A stretch of 64,000 nt of DNA from Eukaryota sp. TZLM1-RC (Eukaryota; Protista; Metamonada: BaSk clade), in contig JAUPSS010000004.1 of NCBI GenBank assembly GCA_040285825.1, positions 310,001 to 374,000 of the forward strand, in the 5' to 3' direction. The notes beneath the pieces are model-generated. The model saw only the letters and a list, made by a program, of their open reading frames with translations. It was not told where the DNA came from and searched no databases. Shown here in pieces: positions 22,381 to 34,590 of the stretch; position 1 is the first letter of the stretch; each line of letters begins with the position of its first letter. A program made the position numbers and the translations under genes.

Positions 22381-22786
22381 CCGAAGAAGGGATAGCGATG
22401 GTGAACAAGGGTTCACAAGGGGGAAGCTGGCTTACTTATAATGGACTGTGCTAAGATGTGGAGTCGATGGATGTGGAGTCGATATACTGTGAATTTCACT
22501 TGTCAAGCATTCCCCTGTGAAATTCACTCCTGTTTTCATCTTTCTCAATGTCTACTCACAGGCTGTAAGAGACATGTAGCATCATTTGACAAAGACAATC
22601 ATGATCTTCATCAATGGGCTACCTCACTTAAATACACCTACTGCTTTCACAGAACAAAGCCTCGCGACTTGATGTATCTAAGTGCATCTACCAAATGCTA
22701 CTAAGCTATTTGTAGATCGCTCTCAAAAGATTTTCAAAAAAAAATTAAAAAAATAATAATAAACTCAAAAAAAAATTTTTAAAGGA

Positions 22787-24210
22787 TTTTTTTTATTAAT
22801 TTTAATTTTATTCAAAACCTATAAATCAACATCTAAAAAATCCATCTCTCCCAGAACAAAAACACTAGATGCAACTCTCTCATAGTGAGATCCAAGAGAA
22901 AGCAAAGCATCAGAAACCATCTTCAACATCCCCTTAAAAATAGAAAACACAATTCTATTTTGCCAAAACAATCTGTTAAAATTTCTGCCAGTTCTTCTCT
23001 TTACAATCATTTCAAAATCATCTAAAAAACGTAAAGCAGTTGGTGCAAGTGAACCAAAAAGGGAAAATACAAATGGATACAAATTGTATTTTGCATGCTG
23101 TAGGCTGGCCAATTTGGACAAAGGTTCATTGTATTTTTTGAATTTAAAATTTTCAGCATTTGAAAGGGGATTATGAACTTCAGAATTAACTAGCCTTTCA
23201 TTTGAGGCATTACAAGGATCAACAGACATTACATCCAATAAAATAAAACTTCCATCTAATCCAGGTAATATAACATCACCTCTATTATTCTTATGAAAAT
23301 CATCTTCAGCATCAAACAGATTTGACAACAGAGGTTCCAAGAAGGATTCAATTCTATGAGATTTACACATACAATATAACTGGTCTCTTACAGCATTTTG
23401 AACCTTGCTTCTAAAAGTAATAAAATGTTTACAATTTAACAAATGAGTAATTGTAATTTCTCGAGAACATTTACAAATTAAATTATGTGGTAAATTATCA
23501 GGCCAAATAAAGGAACGAAATCTCATATTCAGAGTCCAAGCAGAATCGAATAAGAGAGTACCATAAACTTGTGGAATTGTTGTTACTAAGGCAGAAGAAG
23601 TACTGTCACACATATCTTGTAAAAGATTTGCAAAAGCGGGATTCTTTTTCTTGGCCAAGCCAAGTCTAACATCAAAATCCAAGCTTTCAAAAATCTTTGA
23701 CAATTTTTGTTGAAGCTTTATACAGCAAAACTGTAAATTAAAAAGAGATCGGTTTGGAATTTTTTGAATTGATTGAGGAAAACATTTGGTCCAAATTTGT
23801 GGCGGCAATTTTTCAAGTTCACAAGATAACTCATACAAATACGGACTGCAATTGGGAACTAACAGATGAGAATCATCAGGAAATCTATGAGAAAATTCAT
23901 AAATTCAATTTTTGCCACCACCCAAGAATGCTGATTGACACAAAATTGAAGATTTAGTAAATCCAATACCACCCAAATTTGCTGAAGAAAATAAATGGCT
24001 TTTCAACATTCCTGGTTCTACATCCAATAAATCAGCAAAAAATTCTGTTCTCAATGAATTAAAAGAACGACAAAAATCTAATGCTATGGAAGGAGCACAA
24101 GATCTCAAAATGTGGGTTATTCTCCCAGTGTAGCAAATTTTAAGCATGAAAAATTTAATATGTTTTTCTATATCTAAAGAAGAAATTGAATCAAGTCTCA
24201 AACTCAATAT
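22787..24210 (-). mobile_element. CRE-like RLE non-LTR retrotransposon, family A, 5'-truncated with an A-rich tail
   Basis: Thumb motif GGIG, CKC...HLLNC zinc finger and NRGDV..DV..VDP RLE, with an AATAAA/A-rich tail. Confidence 0.9.
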
Positions 24211-24224
24211 AGAATAAAAGTTTT

Positions 24225-24290
24225 TCCAAAGTTTTTGTTTCTGAATGCTCAGGTTTCCCATTCATTTCCTCAACAGAGCATCTGGGCAAA
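24225..24290 (-). ncRNA. Candidate Fanzor omega-RNA scaffold element
   Basis: Minus-strand hairpin UGAAU-GG-GAAA-CC-ugagc-AUUCA (24242-24264) immediately after the stop codon. An alternative GAUGCUC/GAGCAUU pairing overlaps the ORF end. Confidence 0.35.
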
Positions 24291-26857
24291 TGTATCTTTC
24301 CGGCCACAATTCTTAATTTGAATATTTTTTGCAGCGTAAATATCTCTGCCATATACTATTTGACACTCAGTACAAATACGCATCTGCCATGAGCCTGCTT
24401 GAATATTCTCGGCCATGCAACAACTTGACAGTTTGCTTGTATTAAATTCACTGGTTGACAAGTGCTTCGCGTCCTTTTGAAAACACAACCATTTTCTGAA
24501 AGCCCTTGCTGATCCATATCGATTGACTTTTCGGCAAGCAGAACAGGAATTGGCAGAACCCACAGCAAGCTAGAGTTTTTCAGGATGTCCAGCCAGCCTT
24601 TGAAATTTGTTGTGACTCCTTCTGAACCGTCTCTCTGTTCGTCTGCGGTTATCAAATTTAATTATTTTCCATTTTTGGCGATTACTTTCCAAATACACTT
24701 TCTTCCTGACCAAATTCCAATGGTTCAAATATTGGTTGAAATTTTGAACGGAATATTGGTTGGGAGAGTGTTTATCGGGTGAAGGATTTGTCATGTATCT
24801 CCTGCCAGTTGGACACGGAATAACTCCACATTGATTATTATTTAAGAAGTAACCACATAATCTAGATTGGCCTAGATAAACGCCAATAAGACGCGCTTCA
24901 GGTAAGATTTCGACTTGCTGTTTGCATCTTCGACGGGGCATTTTTTAGTGCCCTTAGACGACTGTGTTTCTCTGGTTTTGCTGGTATCAGGGTCACTTTT
25001 CATTTCTTTCTTCAATCTTGATGATCCTTCAATAAGTGGAAATTGTGTCACATATTGGAAAACATGTGAAAGAACCTCAAGAAATTTAGAACCTTTATGA
25101 GAAGCTAAAAGTATTATTCTAAATTTCTTCCAGCAATGCATATGAGAAAAGAAAGACAGTAAGTACTGTGAAATTTCGGGATTAAAGAGAAAAAGCTCAC
25201 CAATTTTCTTTGAAGAATCCCGCTTTTGCAAATCTTTTACAAAATATGTGTGATAGTACTTCTTCTGCCTTAGTAACAACAATTCCTCAAGTTTATGGTA
25301 CTCTCTTAACTGATTCTGCTTGGACTTTGAATATGAGATTTCGTTCCTTTATTTGGCCTGATAATTTACCACATAATTTAATTTGTAAATGTTCTCGAAA
25401 AATTACAATTACTCATTTGTTAAATTGTAAACATTTAATTACTTTTAGAAGCAAGGTTCACGATGCTGTAAGAGACCATTTATATTGTATGTGTAAGTCT
25501 CATAGAATTGAATCCATTTTGGAACCTCTGTTGTCAAATCTGTTTGATACTGAAGATGATTTTTATAAGAATAATAAAGGTGATGTCATATTACCTGGAT
25601 TAGATGGAACCTTCATTTTATTGGATCTAATGTCTGTTGATCCTTGTAATGCCTCAAATGAAAGGCTTGTTAATTTTGAAATTCATAATCCTCTTTCAAA
25701 TGCTGAAAATTTCAAAATCAAAAAATACAATGAACCTTTGTCCAAATTGTCCAGTCAACAGCATGCAAAATACAATTTGTACCATTTGTATTTTCTCTTT
25801 TTGTTTCACTTGCTCCAACGGCTATACGTTTTTTAGCAGATTTTGAAAAGATTGTAAAGAGAAGAACTAACAGAAATTTCAACAGATTGTTTTGGCAAAA
25901 TAGAATTGTGTTTTCTATTTTGAAGGGGATGTTGAAGATGGTTTCTGATGCTTTGCTTTCTCTTCGATTTCACTATGAGAAAGTTGCATCTAGTGTTTTT
26001 GTTTTGGGAGAGATGGACTATTTAGATGTTGATTTATAGGTTCTGAATAAAAAAAATTAAAGAAATTTTCCTTAGAAGAAAAGGTGATTTTATCATGTGA
26101 AGACAGAAGAGACGCAGTGGCAGGAAATTTTTGAAGGAGATTCAAGAAAAACTAACATGTATTTAATAAAAAGAATCTTTCTCTTGAATTATTCAGATTG
26201 AAATTGATGTAGTGTTCGAGAACAGAATCAACAACTACTTTTTCGGGCTGGGCTAAGGGTTCATCTGGTGAAAGAGAGAGAAGATAATTGGCACAGACAT
26301 TCGTTTTATCTAGAGCTCTACAATGAGCACGAATACATTTTTTTGTCCAGGATTGACAAACTTTAGGTAGACTTGTCTTCACGTTAGACGACAATTGACA
26401 AGCCCGACAAGCAAGGTAAGGAGAAAGCCCTTTTCTATTGATAAAAATACAATTCTGAGACTGCAGCCAATCATTGAGAAAAAGATTGAATGAATTTCTA
26501 TAAGGCACTAAAGAATTTTCCCATGAAGAAACAAGCCCTGTCTTGTGGGCATTCAGGAAGAAATCCACTGTAAAAAATATGGAGTAATTACTGTTGGCTT
26601 TTAGAGGTGGATGGCTTTGGAAAAGAACCAGTGGTGATGACGGTTATAAACAGATACCATACATTTTGTTCCATCAAAGCTCTAGATGCCAACAAAATAT
26701 TTAAAAGAAAAGATTGAAGCAATAAAGATGCTTCATAACAAATCTCAGTGACCAAAGGAAAGTCAGTCCGAATTTGTTGCACCGCTGCAGGGGCCAGCAG
26801 CGAATTAAGTGCACAAGACCGAGTGAATACATGTGACACAGAGTGGGTGACTGTTAT
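24270..26857 (-). pseudogene. Fanzor (eukaryotic TnpB-family RNA-guided nuclease) gene, decayed and split by a retrotransposon at 25213-26060
   Basis: Ordered fragments: N-terminal LVTEICYEASLLLQSFLL, REC-like RKGLSPYLA...NVKT, RuvC-I LIGV(Y)LG, FNQYL..W...WKIIKF, RuvC-II SEFNTSK, zinc finger SCC...CTEC and RuvC-III RDIYAAKNI. Confidence 0.85.
25213..26060 (+). mobile_element. CRE-like RLE retrotransposon, family A, 5'-truncated, inserted into the Fanzor gene
   Basis: Highly similar to the reverse complement of 22810-23645. It has an A-rich tail and imperfect flanking repeats at 25202-25217 and 26064-26080. Confidence 0.92.
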
Positions 26858-28379
26858 GTAGTGAGAATAAACAGCTCATCTTTCAAATTTTACACTTGTC
26901 ACCCCATTTTCGACTTCTTGTTGCCTGTTTTGGGAGGTTTTTAACCCTCAACTTGGTTTCGGGAGGTTTTCACTATTCCCAAACTTTCCCCTCACTTCAT
27001 AAACTGGGTTCTTATTTCCCTCACTTACCTTCTGTTCCGAGCTTTAGGACTCCCCGTGTACTCTCGCTACCGTCCCTTCTATTCATCTTTGATAACAATT
27101 GTTTACTAATAGTGTACTGATTAACTCCACACCTTCTACTTGTACAGAATTTTTTATATTTCACTTTGATAAGAGAATGACATTTCTCTAATCCACAGTA
27201 CATTCCACAGCTTGCCGTGGTTGCTAAAGTTACAGCGAAGGTCGTTTTACATTATTGATAACAGTTGCAAGCAGCTTTCTTTCACAAACATGGTGGACTT
27301 AATCTATTCACCCATCAATTTTTCAGTCTCGGGGAACTGTCTAAAAAGGCTTATTTGACACCAAGACTACTAGTTGCTGTCGATACTCTTTTTTTCGGAT
27401 TGAATAACCTGATGTTCTTCTCCTCGCCAGAAGAGAGTACCATCTTCATGTGATCCACCATTGGAAGAGGTCTACTTCATCTTAGGGCCATTAAACAATG
27501 TTATGTGATTTAATCCTCAAATTTATCCGCATGTTCCATTTGGTTGATTCATTTCTTCAAAGGAGGTAACTACTGTTGTCAATTTTTCATATATAAATGC
27601 TACGTATGGCTAAATAGGTATTTAACAAAAAGGGTGATTGATGATTCATTTCTGCAAATTGAAGTTCAAAAATGACAATCCTCTTTGACAATTCACATTT
27701 CCATTTTTGTCAAACAAATTTCGAAGACTAAATTTATCAATTATTTTATTGCTATTTCAGTTGAATTAGAACGATGGTCTGTGATGGGATCTTTTTCAGC
27801 GTCCTTTGGAATCACAAAAATCTTGGAGTTGGCGATTATATTTGCTAAAACCAACTTGGACGATAACCAAAAACTCTTAGCTTATATTTCTGCAATGAAG
27901 TTAAGTTTTAAGAAAATTTAATTCATGCCGGATTTTTTGCCCAAAAACTTTTTGATATGGGTTATGTAAAAGCTAATCAAGTTTTAAATAAACTTTCACA
28001 ACGAGCTTCCCTACAACCTCTATTAAATGCTCATGATTTAAGAATTCTTCCAAGGGACCGATTTGTTCTATCAGATTCAGATTTGTTAAAGGTTTTGTCT
28101 AGTGGTTTTTTTGTCAATCTTAAATAAATTAACTGGGTAAATGTATTTTAAATGTATGTAAATGTATCACACAAATGTTGACTCTTTCAGTTGGTCCAAC
28201 CTGTATGTAGATAATCTACTTACAAGAATTAGAATGGACTTTAAGATTTCAAAGGTCGAAGGAAACTCAATAGGTCAGAAACACAAAAAAGGGATTAGGT
28301 GGGGATTAGGCATATAAGGAAAAGAAAAGGGATTAGTATTCAACCTAAAATTCATCCACAATAAATCTGTCTAAATCTC

Positions 28380-28930
28380 AACCCAAGTTGTCTCATTTGT
28401 CAAATTCCAAATATTTATGGTTTATTGTTAAGTGACAATCATTGGACAACTGCCTTAAGGATGAGGTGTTTTCTGTGGCCATGCAGTGTGCCAAATGATT
28501 TGATTTGTCGTTGTGGTCAGCTGATTACTTTGAATCATTTATTTAATTGCAAATTTAACATAACATATCGCTCAGTTGTCCGTGATACTGTCAGAGACAA
28601 ACTGTATGCCATGTGTAAAAGCCACCATATTGAAGCTTTTGTTGAACCACTTGTGCGTAAATTGTCATCTGAATATGAAGATGATAATACTTTCGGGAAA
28701 CGCCGTGCTGATCTAATTACTCCTGCTCCTGGGTCTGATGGTGTGATCAAAGTTCTTGTTGTTGTCACTGTTGATGTTTGTAAAGAATCAGCAATTGATT
28801 TTGCTAAAAAAAGATGAAACTCTACTTTGCTTTGCTGAAAAGGGGTAAAAGCAAAAGGCACAAAGAGCCTTTATCTCAGCTTGGTCGTGTTGAGCATGTA
28901 AATTACCAGCTGGTTCCATTTGTTGCTCTG
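28380..28930 (+). mobile_element. CRE-like RLE retrotransposon, family D, decayed 3' fragment
   Basis: LRMRC, CRCG...NHLFNC, EPLV and RRADL motifs. Confidence 0.8.
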
Positions 28931-29340
28931 TTTATACAGAATTTATAGAGTGTACACGAAGAAAAGTAGCTGCATCGATACGGGTGTTGTTATCAGTGTT
29001 TCCAACATTTTATTCTATGTTAAGAGAGTAGAAAGCATTTTCCATTGCAGAGAAGCTGTTGTTTATATTAAGGTCGCAGTCGATGTGTATTGATGAAATG
29101 ATGATGGTTCTCAACAAGTTAAATCTTTTCATGTCATTGTGTTTGAAGCCTGACGTGCAATTTCTCAACGGTTCAGACTTCTTTGAATTATTAATTATTT
29201 CTGATAAGATTACAACTAATCACACTGAGCCTATAGCTGTGCAAGTAGCACAATAAAATCAACGTTTGTGAAAATACAACTTTTTATTAGCAAAAGGTGA
29301 ACTTCATCAAACATCCAACATTCTGGAATCATCATAGATT

Positions 29341-30477
29341 ATGGGAGGTCTTGTTGCACTTGTCAATGCTTCAAACATCCCTGAAGACGTTCTCAAGCAC
29401 ATTCACTCCAACATTCTTGTGAACCTCCTTTCTTCTCCCAACTCTTTCTCACTATCCGTCGACTCTGACTGTGCTCTCGTCATTCAAGCCATGGACTTCC
29501 TTCACTCCAACTCTGTCTCCTGTTTTGTTCTAGTCTCATCCAGTACAGATCTCTCCCCTCTTGTTATAAGGCTTAAACAATCTGAGAAAAGAGTCATTGG
29601 AGTAGGTTCAACAGACTGTGTGGATAGTTACTCAAATTCCTGTGATCGTTTTATTTATTTTTCAAATACTGCCAGCATATTACCAAGCTCACCCACAATA
29701 ATAACTGACTTAATTAAAAAAGACAATATTTATTCAAAACTTTGCCAGAATATTGTGCTTTTATCTCCTGTTTCTTTTAAAAATGAGCTCATTAAACTTA
29801 ATTTAGGAGAATTGTTTGTTTTTTGTGCTGATCGAATTTCAGAACTGAACCAGCTTTCAATTGAAGAATTTTCTGAATACTTGATACGTTATAAGTTCAC
29901 TGTCAATCAATCAAGGAGCAATCAAAATGATTGGACTGTCACAGTCAATCATGGGGTTTTATTTTTGCAGTTTTTATTGATTAAAAACAAATTTCCATTA
30001 ATTGAACCTAAATTATTTTGTAAATTAGTTAAAATTTTAAATCAATTATGCGAAGGTAATTCTGAGTTCAATACATTTGACGAGTTGATTGAGTTGTTAA
30101 CCGAAACCTCTCAATCAGCTTTGATTGATTTGATTGATTGTGGTACTGTCAAGAAATTTGTCAATATTCTGTTTCTTGCTGATCTTTTTGGATTTACAAA
30201 TAACGGAAAAATAATTATTAAATCATTTAAATCACAAAATTCAGAGGATTTATTAATATTTATAGGAACGTTTATTTTGACTTTCATAGTTGAAAACTCT
30301 TCTCTATCATTTGATAGTCTTGATAAGTCAATCAATCAACCTATTCTGAGCTCTTTCCTTTTTGGGAGGGAAGGTGAAAAGTATCTGAAAAGAACAACAG
30401 CTTGTTTGAATCTTTTAGAGCAACAATTACCTTCAGATTTGGTTATGGAAAGATTTCTTAACAATATTGTTGATTAG
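29341..30477 (+). CDS. NYN (LabA/DUF88, PIN-like) domain protein with a degenerate active site
   Basis: SDCALVIQAMDFLHS...FVLVSSSTDLSPLVIRLKQSEKRVIGVG...CDRFIY matches the NYN pattern D.ALVIDAMD...LVSSDSDF.PL..RLRE.G..VIG.G. Confidence 0.78.
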   Translation: MGGLVALVNASNIPEDVLKHIHSNILVNLLSSPNSFSLSVDSDCALVIQAMDFLHSNSVSCFVLVSSSTDLSPLVIRLKQSEKRVIGVGSTDCVDSYSNSCDRFIYFSNTASILPSSPTIITDLIKKDNIYSKLCQNIVLLSPVSFKNELIKLNLGELFVFCADRISELNQLSIEEFSEYLIRYKFTVNQSRSNQNDWTVTVNHGVLFLQFLLIKNKFPLIEPKLFCKLVKILNQLCEGNSEFNTFDELIELLTETSQSALIDLIDCGTVKKFVNILFLADLFGFTNNGKIIIKSFKSQNSEDLLIFIGTFILTFIVENSSLSFDSLDKSINQPILSSFLFGREGEKYLKRTTACLNLLEQQLPSDLVMERFLNNIVD

Positions 30478-30796
30478 ACGATGTTTTGGCAATTACTTGA
30501 TGTTTTAATTTTGTAGTTGACATTATCCTGTTTTGGTTCGTTTCATCATGACTTTGCAGACAAGACCAAAGTCTCACTCAGTGTCTTTTCTTGATTGATT
30601 TTTGATTGATTTTTGATTAATTTTTGTATTTTTCCTTTTTGTCTCAAAACATGTAATAAAATGTGTAAATTATTGGGTACATAAAATGAAATAATTTACA
30701 AAAATAATTGGAATTACTAATATACAATAAAAAACATTTTCACATTTAAATATAAAGAAATCACAAAAAGTAGAAAAAAAAAGATCTAAATTAATT

Positions 30797-31969
30797 TTAA
30801 AGTGGTCTAAATCCAAAAGCACTTCTTCTTGCTGTGCTAGCTTGACCATCGATTCTATAAGAGAAACTGCTATTGAAAGTTTCAGAAGAGTCGACTGGAG
30901 CAGTAGAGCTCATTGTTGGTTTTGAAATATTCGAAATATTCAACTTGTCAAACGAAGATGACATTCTCTTAGGAGTGAATGTCACTGAGCTCGATGGGGA
31001 GTCAAAAGAAAATTTCGATCTACTCTTCTCCTTGTCAACAACTTTGGATGACTCACTGAAATTGTTACCAAAATTTTGACGAATACTACCTTGATCCCCT
31101 CTTTTTGACCTACTTCCCATTCGTGACGTGGCACTAAAATTTGCAGCTCTTTTCAAAGTATTGATATCTTCTGGCAAAGTAGTGTGAGCGTTTTCAACTT
31201 CCTGTTGTTTCACCTCTATTTTTGACCTACTATTCTGTGACCTCAGCGATTCAATATTTTGAATCGACTGCAATGACGTGACATTTTTGACCGATGACGT
31301 CATCACTGGCGGTGTTGACGTTTTATTTAAAACATCATTTCTCACGCTACAGACCATGTTATTAGATGCCCTTTTCTGATCAGCATAGTCAAACTGATTT
31401 TTAATTCTGGAATAATTCTCATACCCTTCATCAGCCGCCTGTCTTAAACTATTCATTGGAGTCAATGGTTTGTTCTGGCTTGTTTTCCGGGAAGAAGGAC
31501 ATCGTGGGGAAGAAGGGACAGAGTAAGAGTCCACAGTGGAAGTCTTGAAGGAAGGGTCTACCGAGAAGGAAGGGGATCTTGGTGTGCTTGGGGGACGAGT
31601 AGGAAGTTTGGGTCTGGCAATGGAGGGTGTTGCTGGCTTAGTTGAAGTAGGAGTGAATTGCTTTGGAGGGGAAGGTCTAGGGACAGATTTTGGAGGCATG
31701 GAAGATGGTGGTGCAGCAACATCTGACTTGGATGTACTGGGTTTGGGGGAATATGAGGACTTTGAAGGTTTCGATTTGGGGCTTGATCCAAAAGAGGGAG
31801 ACTGGACTGTGGGGATGGCAAACGATGCAAGAGATGGTTTAGATGAATGTTGTCTTGAAGGGGGTTTGGTTGTACTGGCAGAAGAAGATGGTCCATGCAA
31901 TGATGTTGGTGTATCAGATGGACGGCTTCTGACCACATGACCATCATCTGAGGACATTGCTTTGGTCAT
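30797..31969 (-). CDS. Hypothetical Ser/Pro-rich disordered protein
   Basis: 390-aa open frame with low complexity. Confidence 0.65.
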   Translation of the reverse strand: MTKAMSSDDGHVVRSRPSDTPTSLHGPSSSASTTKPPSRQHSSKPSLASFAIPTVQSPSFGSSPKSKPSKSSYSPKPSTSKSDVAAPPSSMPPKSVPRPSPPKQFTPTSTKPATPSIARPKLPTRPPSTPRSPSFSVDPSFKTSTVDSYSVPSSPRCPSSRKTSQNKPLTPMNSLRQAADEGYENYSRIKNQFDYADQKRASNNMVCSVRNDVLNKTSTPPVMTSSVKNVTSLQSIQNIESLRSQNSRSKIEVKQQEVENAHTTLPEDINTLKRAANFSATSRMGSRSKRGDQGSIRQNFGNNFSESSKVVDKEKSRSKFSFDSPSSSVTFTPKRMSSSFDKLNISNISKPTMSSTAPVDSSETFNSSFSYRIDGQASTARRSAFGFRPL

Positions 31970-32879
31970 TGAAACAGATATTGTCTATAACAATGAATGA
32001 ATAATGATGTTGAGGGACTGATTTTAATGCTTTTAAATCAAAGTTTTAATCTGAATCATTTCTTCAATTATGAGACTTCTTGATTCTAGCATGATAGTAC
32101 CATCTGTTTGTAACCTTCATCACCCTTGGGTCAATGTTAAAACCAGTTGGTTATATGAAGATTATTCATTTCTCCTCATTTGTTAGTCTTGAATAGTATT
32201 TATAGTTTAATTATATAGTTTATTAATATTCCGCCTATTAGTATAAGAAGAGAGAATACAATTCCTCTTCGTAATAAATCTCATTACTTTTACTCTGTAT
32301 GTCCCGTCATAACGAACAGTCAAGACCATCACATTGTTTAAATGAACTGAACAATTCATTTGTAAGAAAAGTAATCCTGTAAAACTACCCCATTTGTAAC
32401 TTCATTTGGTACCAAGACTGCGAGTAGTGACACTGATAAGCGAAGTGCAAACAATTTGTCTCCAACAATCAAATTACAAGTCATCAGAAAACCTTGTATC
32501 TTTAAATTGTACTTGCAAATATTTAAATGAATTCAATTGACTACATATTAAATTAAATTTAAATAATAAAGAAATAAATTAAATTATAGACTTTTGTGAA
32601 AGATAAGGGTTTGTAGTGTGAACATATTGCTATTCCTCTTTCTATCTTCTTTTGTCACATATTATAAATCGTTGTAGCAATAATCAATATTGAAATAACT
32701 TGAGGTTCGACATCTTTAGGCATCTTTACAGTACATAAAAACCAGACAAAACGTTCCAACAAACTGCAGCAAAATAAGAAAATAAGAAAATAATGTGACA
32801 ACGTTTTGAGTCCTATTTTGCTATATTTTGAAGTTCGTCATTTACATTGTATTGATTATTTTAATCAACAACGACAGTT

Positions 32880-34235
32880 AATAAATTTAAATTAGAACTA
32901 ATGGGACGAAATTCATGCAACAAAGATTTCCTCAACAAAATCTTGATCTGCTTGTTGCCTCGCTAAAGCTTCTCCAATTCGATTGAAAAACCGAAACTAT
33001 CTATTAATTGTGGTGAATGAACAATCCAATCACAGTAAATAGCACCTCTGTCATCAGAACCAAAACAATTCAATGACAGTGTTTCTCTAAGGAAACGCTC
33101 CTTAATACATGAGATTCTTGCATTACTTGCCCTATTAAAAACAGTGTCTCTAACAGCATCATGTAATGAAGAACGAAAAGGTATCAATTTGGAACAATTT
33201 AAAGCATGACGCAAAGTGAGCTGTGGTGAATCAGAACAAATACATGTTTCTTTTAATTGAAGTTGGTCAATAGGAATATTCAAATATAATCTCATTTTTG
33301 TTGCAAAGGGTTTACTAAATAGCCCAAACCTTCGTGGCACAATGGTGATCAATAATGATGAATCTGATGACTGGTTCTCGCACAGACCGTTTTCTAATAA
33401 CAATGAATGAGGATCTTGATCTAAAACAGTTGAGCTGCATAAATTATTATAAAAATCATTATCGTACATTTTGGTCATTCGTTTTTGTAATGCTTGAAGC
33501 ATGAGTATTAAATTCAAATAATTCTTTTCGGGAAGCTTGCCATCAAATCATTGAGAAAAACCCCTATTCCATTTTTCAGTATCAATTTTTAAAATTTCTT
33601 CTTTTAATACATAGTAGATATTTGCGTTGTCACTCATCAATCTCTCCAATCTGCAAATCTTTCAGAAACCTCAAATATTGCATTTCTACATCGACCAGTA
33701 AAAGCACACGAAGTAGGATTTGAAGCCTTTGTCCAGCCAAAACCGCCATAATGTGGACCAAGATAAACATGATCAGGAGTTTAAAAACATTTTACATCCT
33801 ATCAGTTGAGAAAAAACTTTCGCATGGATCTCATTGAACTTTTGGGCCACGGGTGTACAGATGAAATGATCAAAAGATCGAAATATATGACTGAAATTTG
33901 AATTGAAACAGAATCTTGAAATGGTAAATTTGATATGTTTTTGCACATCCAATTTCATCATTCGATCAATTTTTTTTAGAAATTATATTCAATTTTTCAA
34001 ATAATTGTTTGGAGATTTCATCATTATTGCCTAAAAACGAACCTAGATCACGAATTGCATCAGCTGAATATAACCTGGATTGAATTTTAATTTTATAAAC
34101 TATTGTTGAAATTGGAGTATCTTAGAGTAAACTCATTTAAGTAAGTTATGTCGAATATATATAACCAATTTTGTTGAATAATTCTTTGAAACATGAGGTT
34201 GCCTTTTCACAATCGTTTAGTCGCCTATAAGAACA
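32880..34235 (-). mobile_element. CRE-like RLE retrotransposon, family B, older internally deleted copy
   Basis: Collinear with 10000-11680 but more diverged. It carries RHALNC and DDRG motifs. Confidence 0.85.
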
Positions 34236-34590
34236 AGATTTCCATGAAGTGAATAATGTATTATTCTCTGGAAGGTGGGTAATTTTTTTATTACTTAATT
34301 ATACATAAAAACACTGAATTGGTGAGGTCTGGGCCATGTTTGAATTTAAAACAGAAAGACAATGTGGACTACTTCGTTGAATTTTGAAATTGTTCACTAT
34401 TTACGAATTTAAAAATAAGGATCTTCTAGAAAGTAACGTCAATATAGTGTTGTATAAGTTGATTTCTCTATTTAATTCAAACTGATGTTGGATTGGGGAT
34501 TCAAATCATCAAAAGCAATTCTTCTTTAAATCTACCTAAATTTTGCAAGTTTAATTTTGAATAAAGATTAATTGAACCTCTGAACAATTG

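Noticed and set aside
24872-25282. 136-aa ORF as an independent gene
   Set aside because: It is a chimera of antisense retroelement sequence and a Fanzor fragment.
32100-32560. Possible MULE-like transposase relic (DGTYRV)
   Set aside because: A single short motif with no TIRs or continuous frame.
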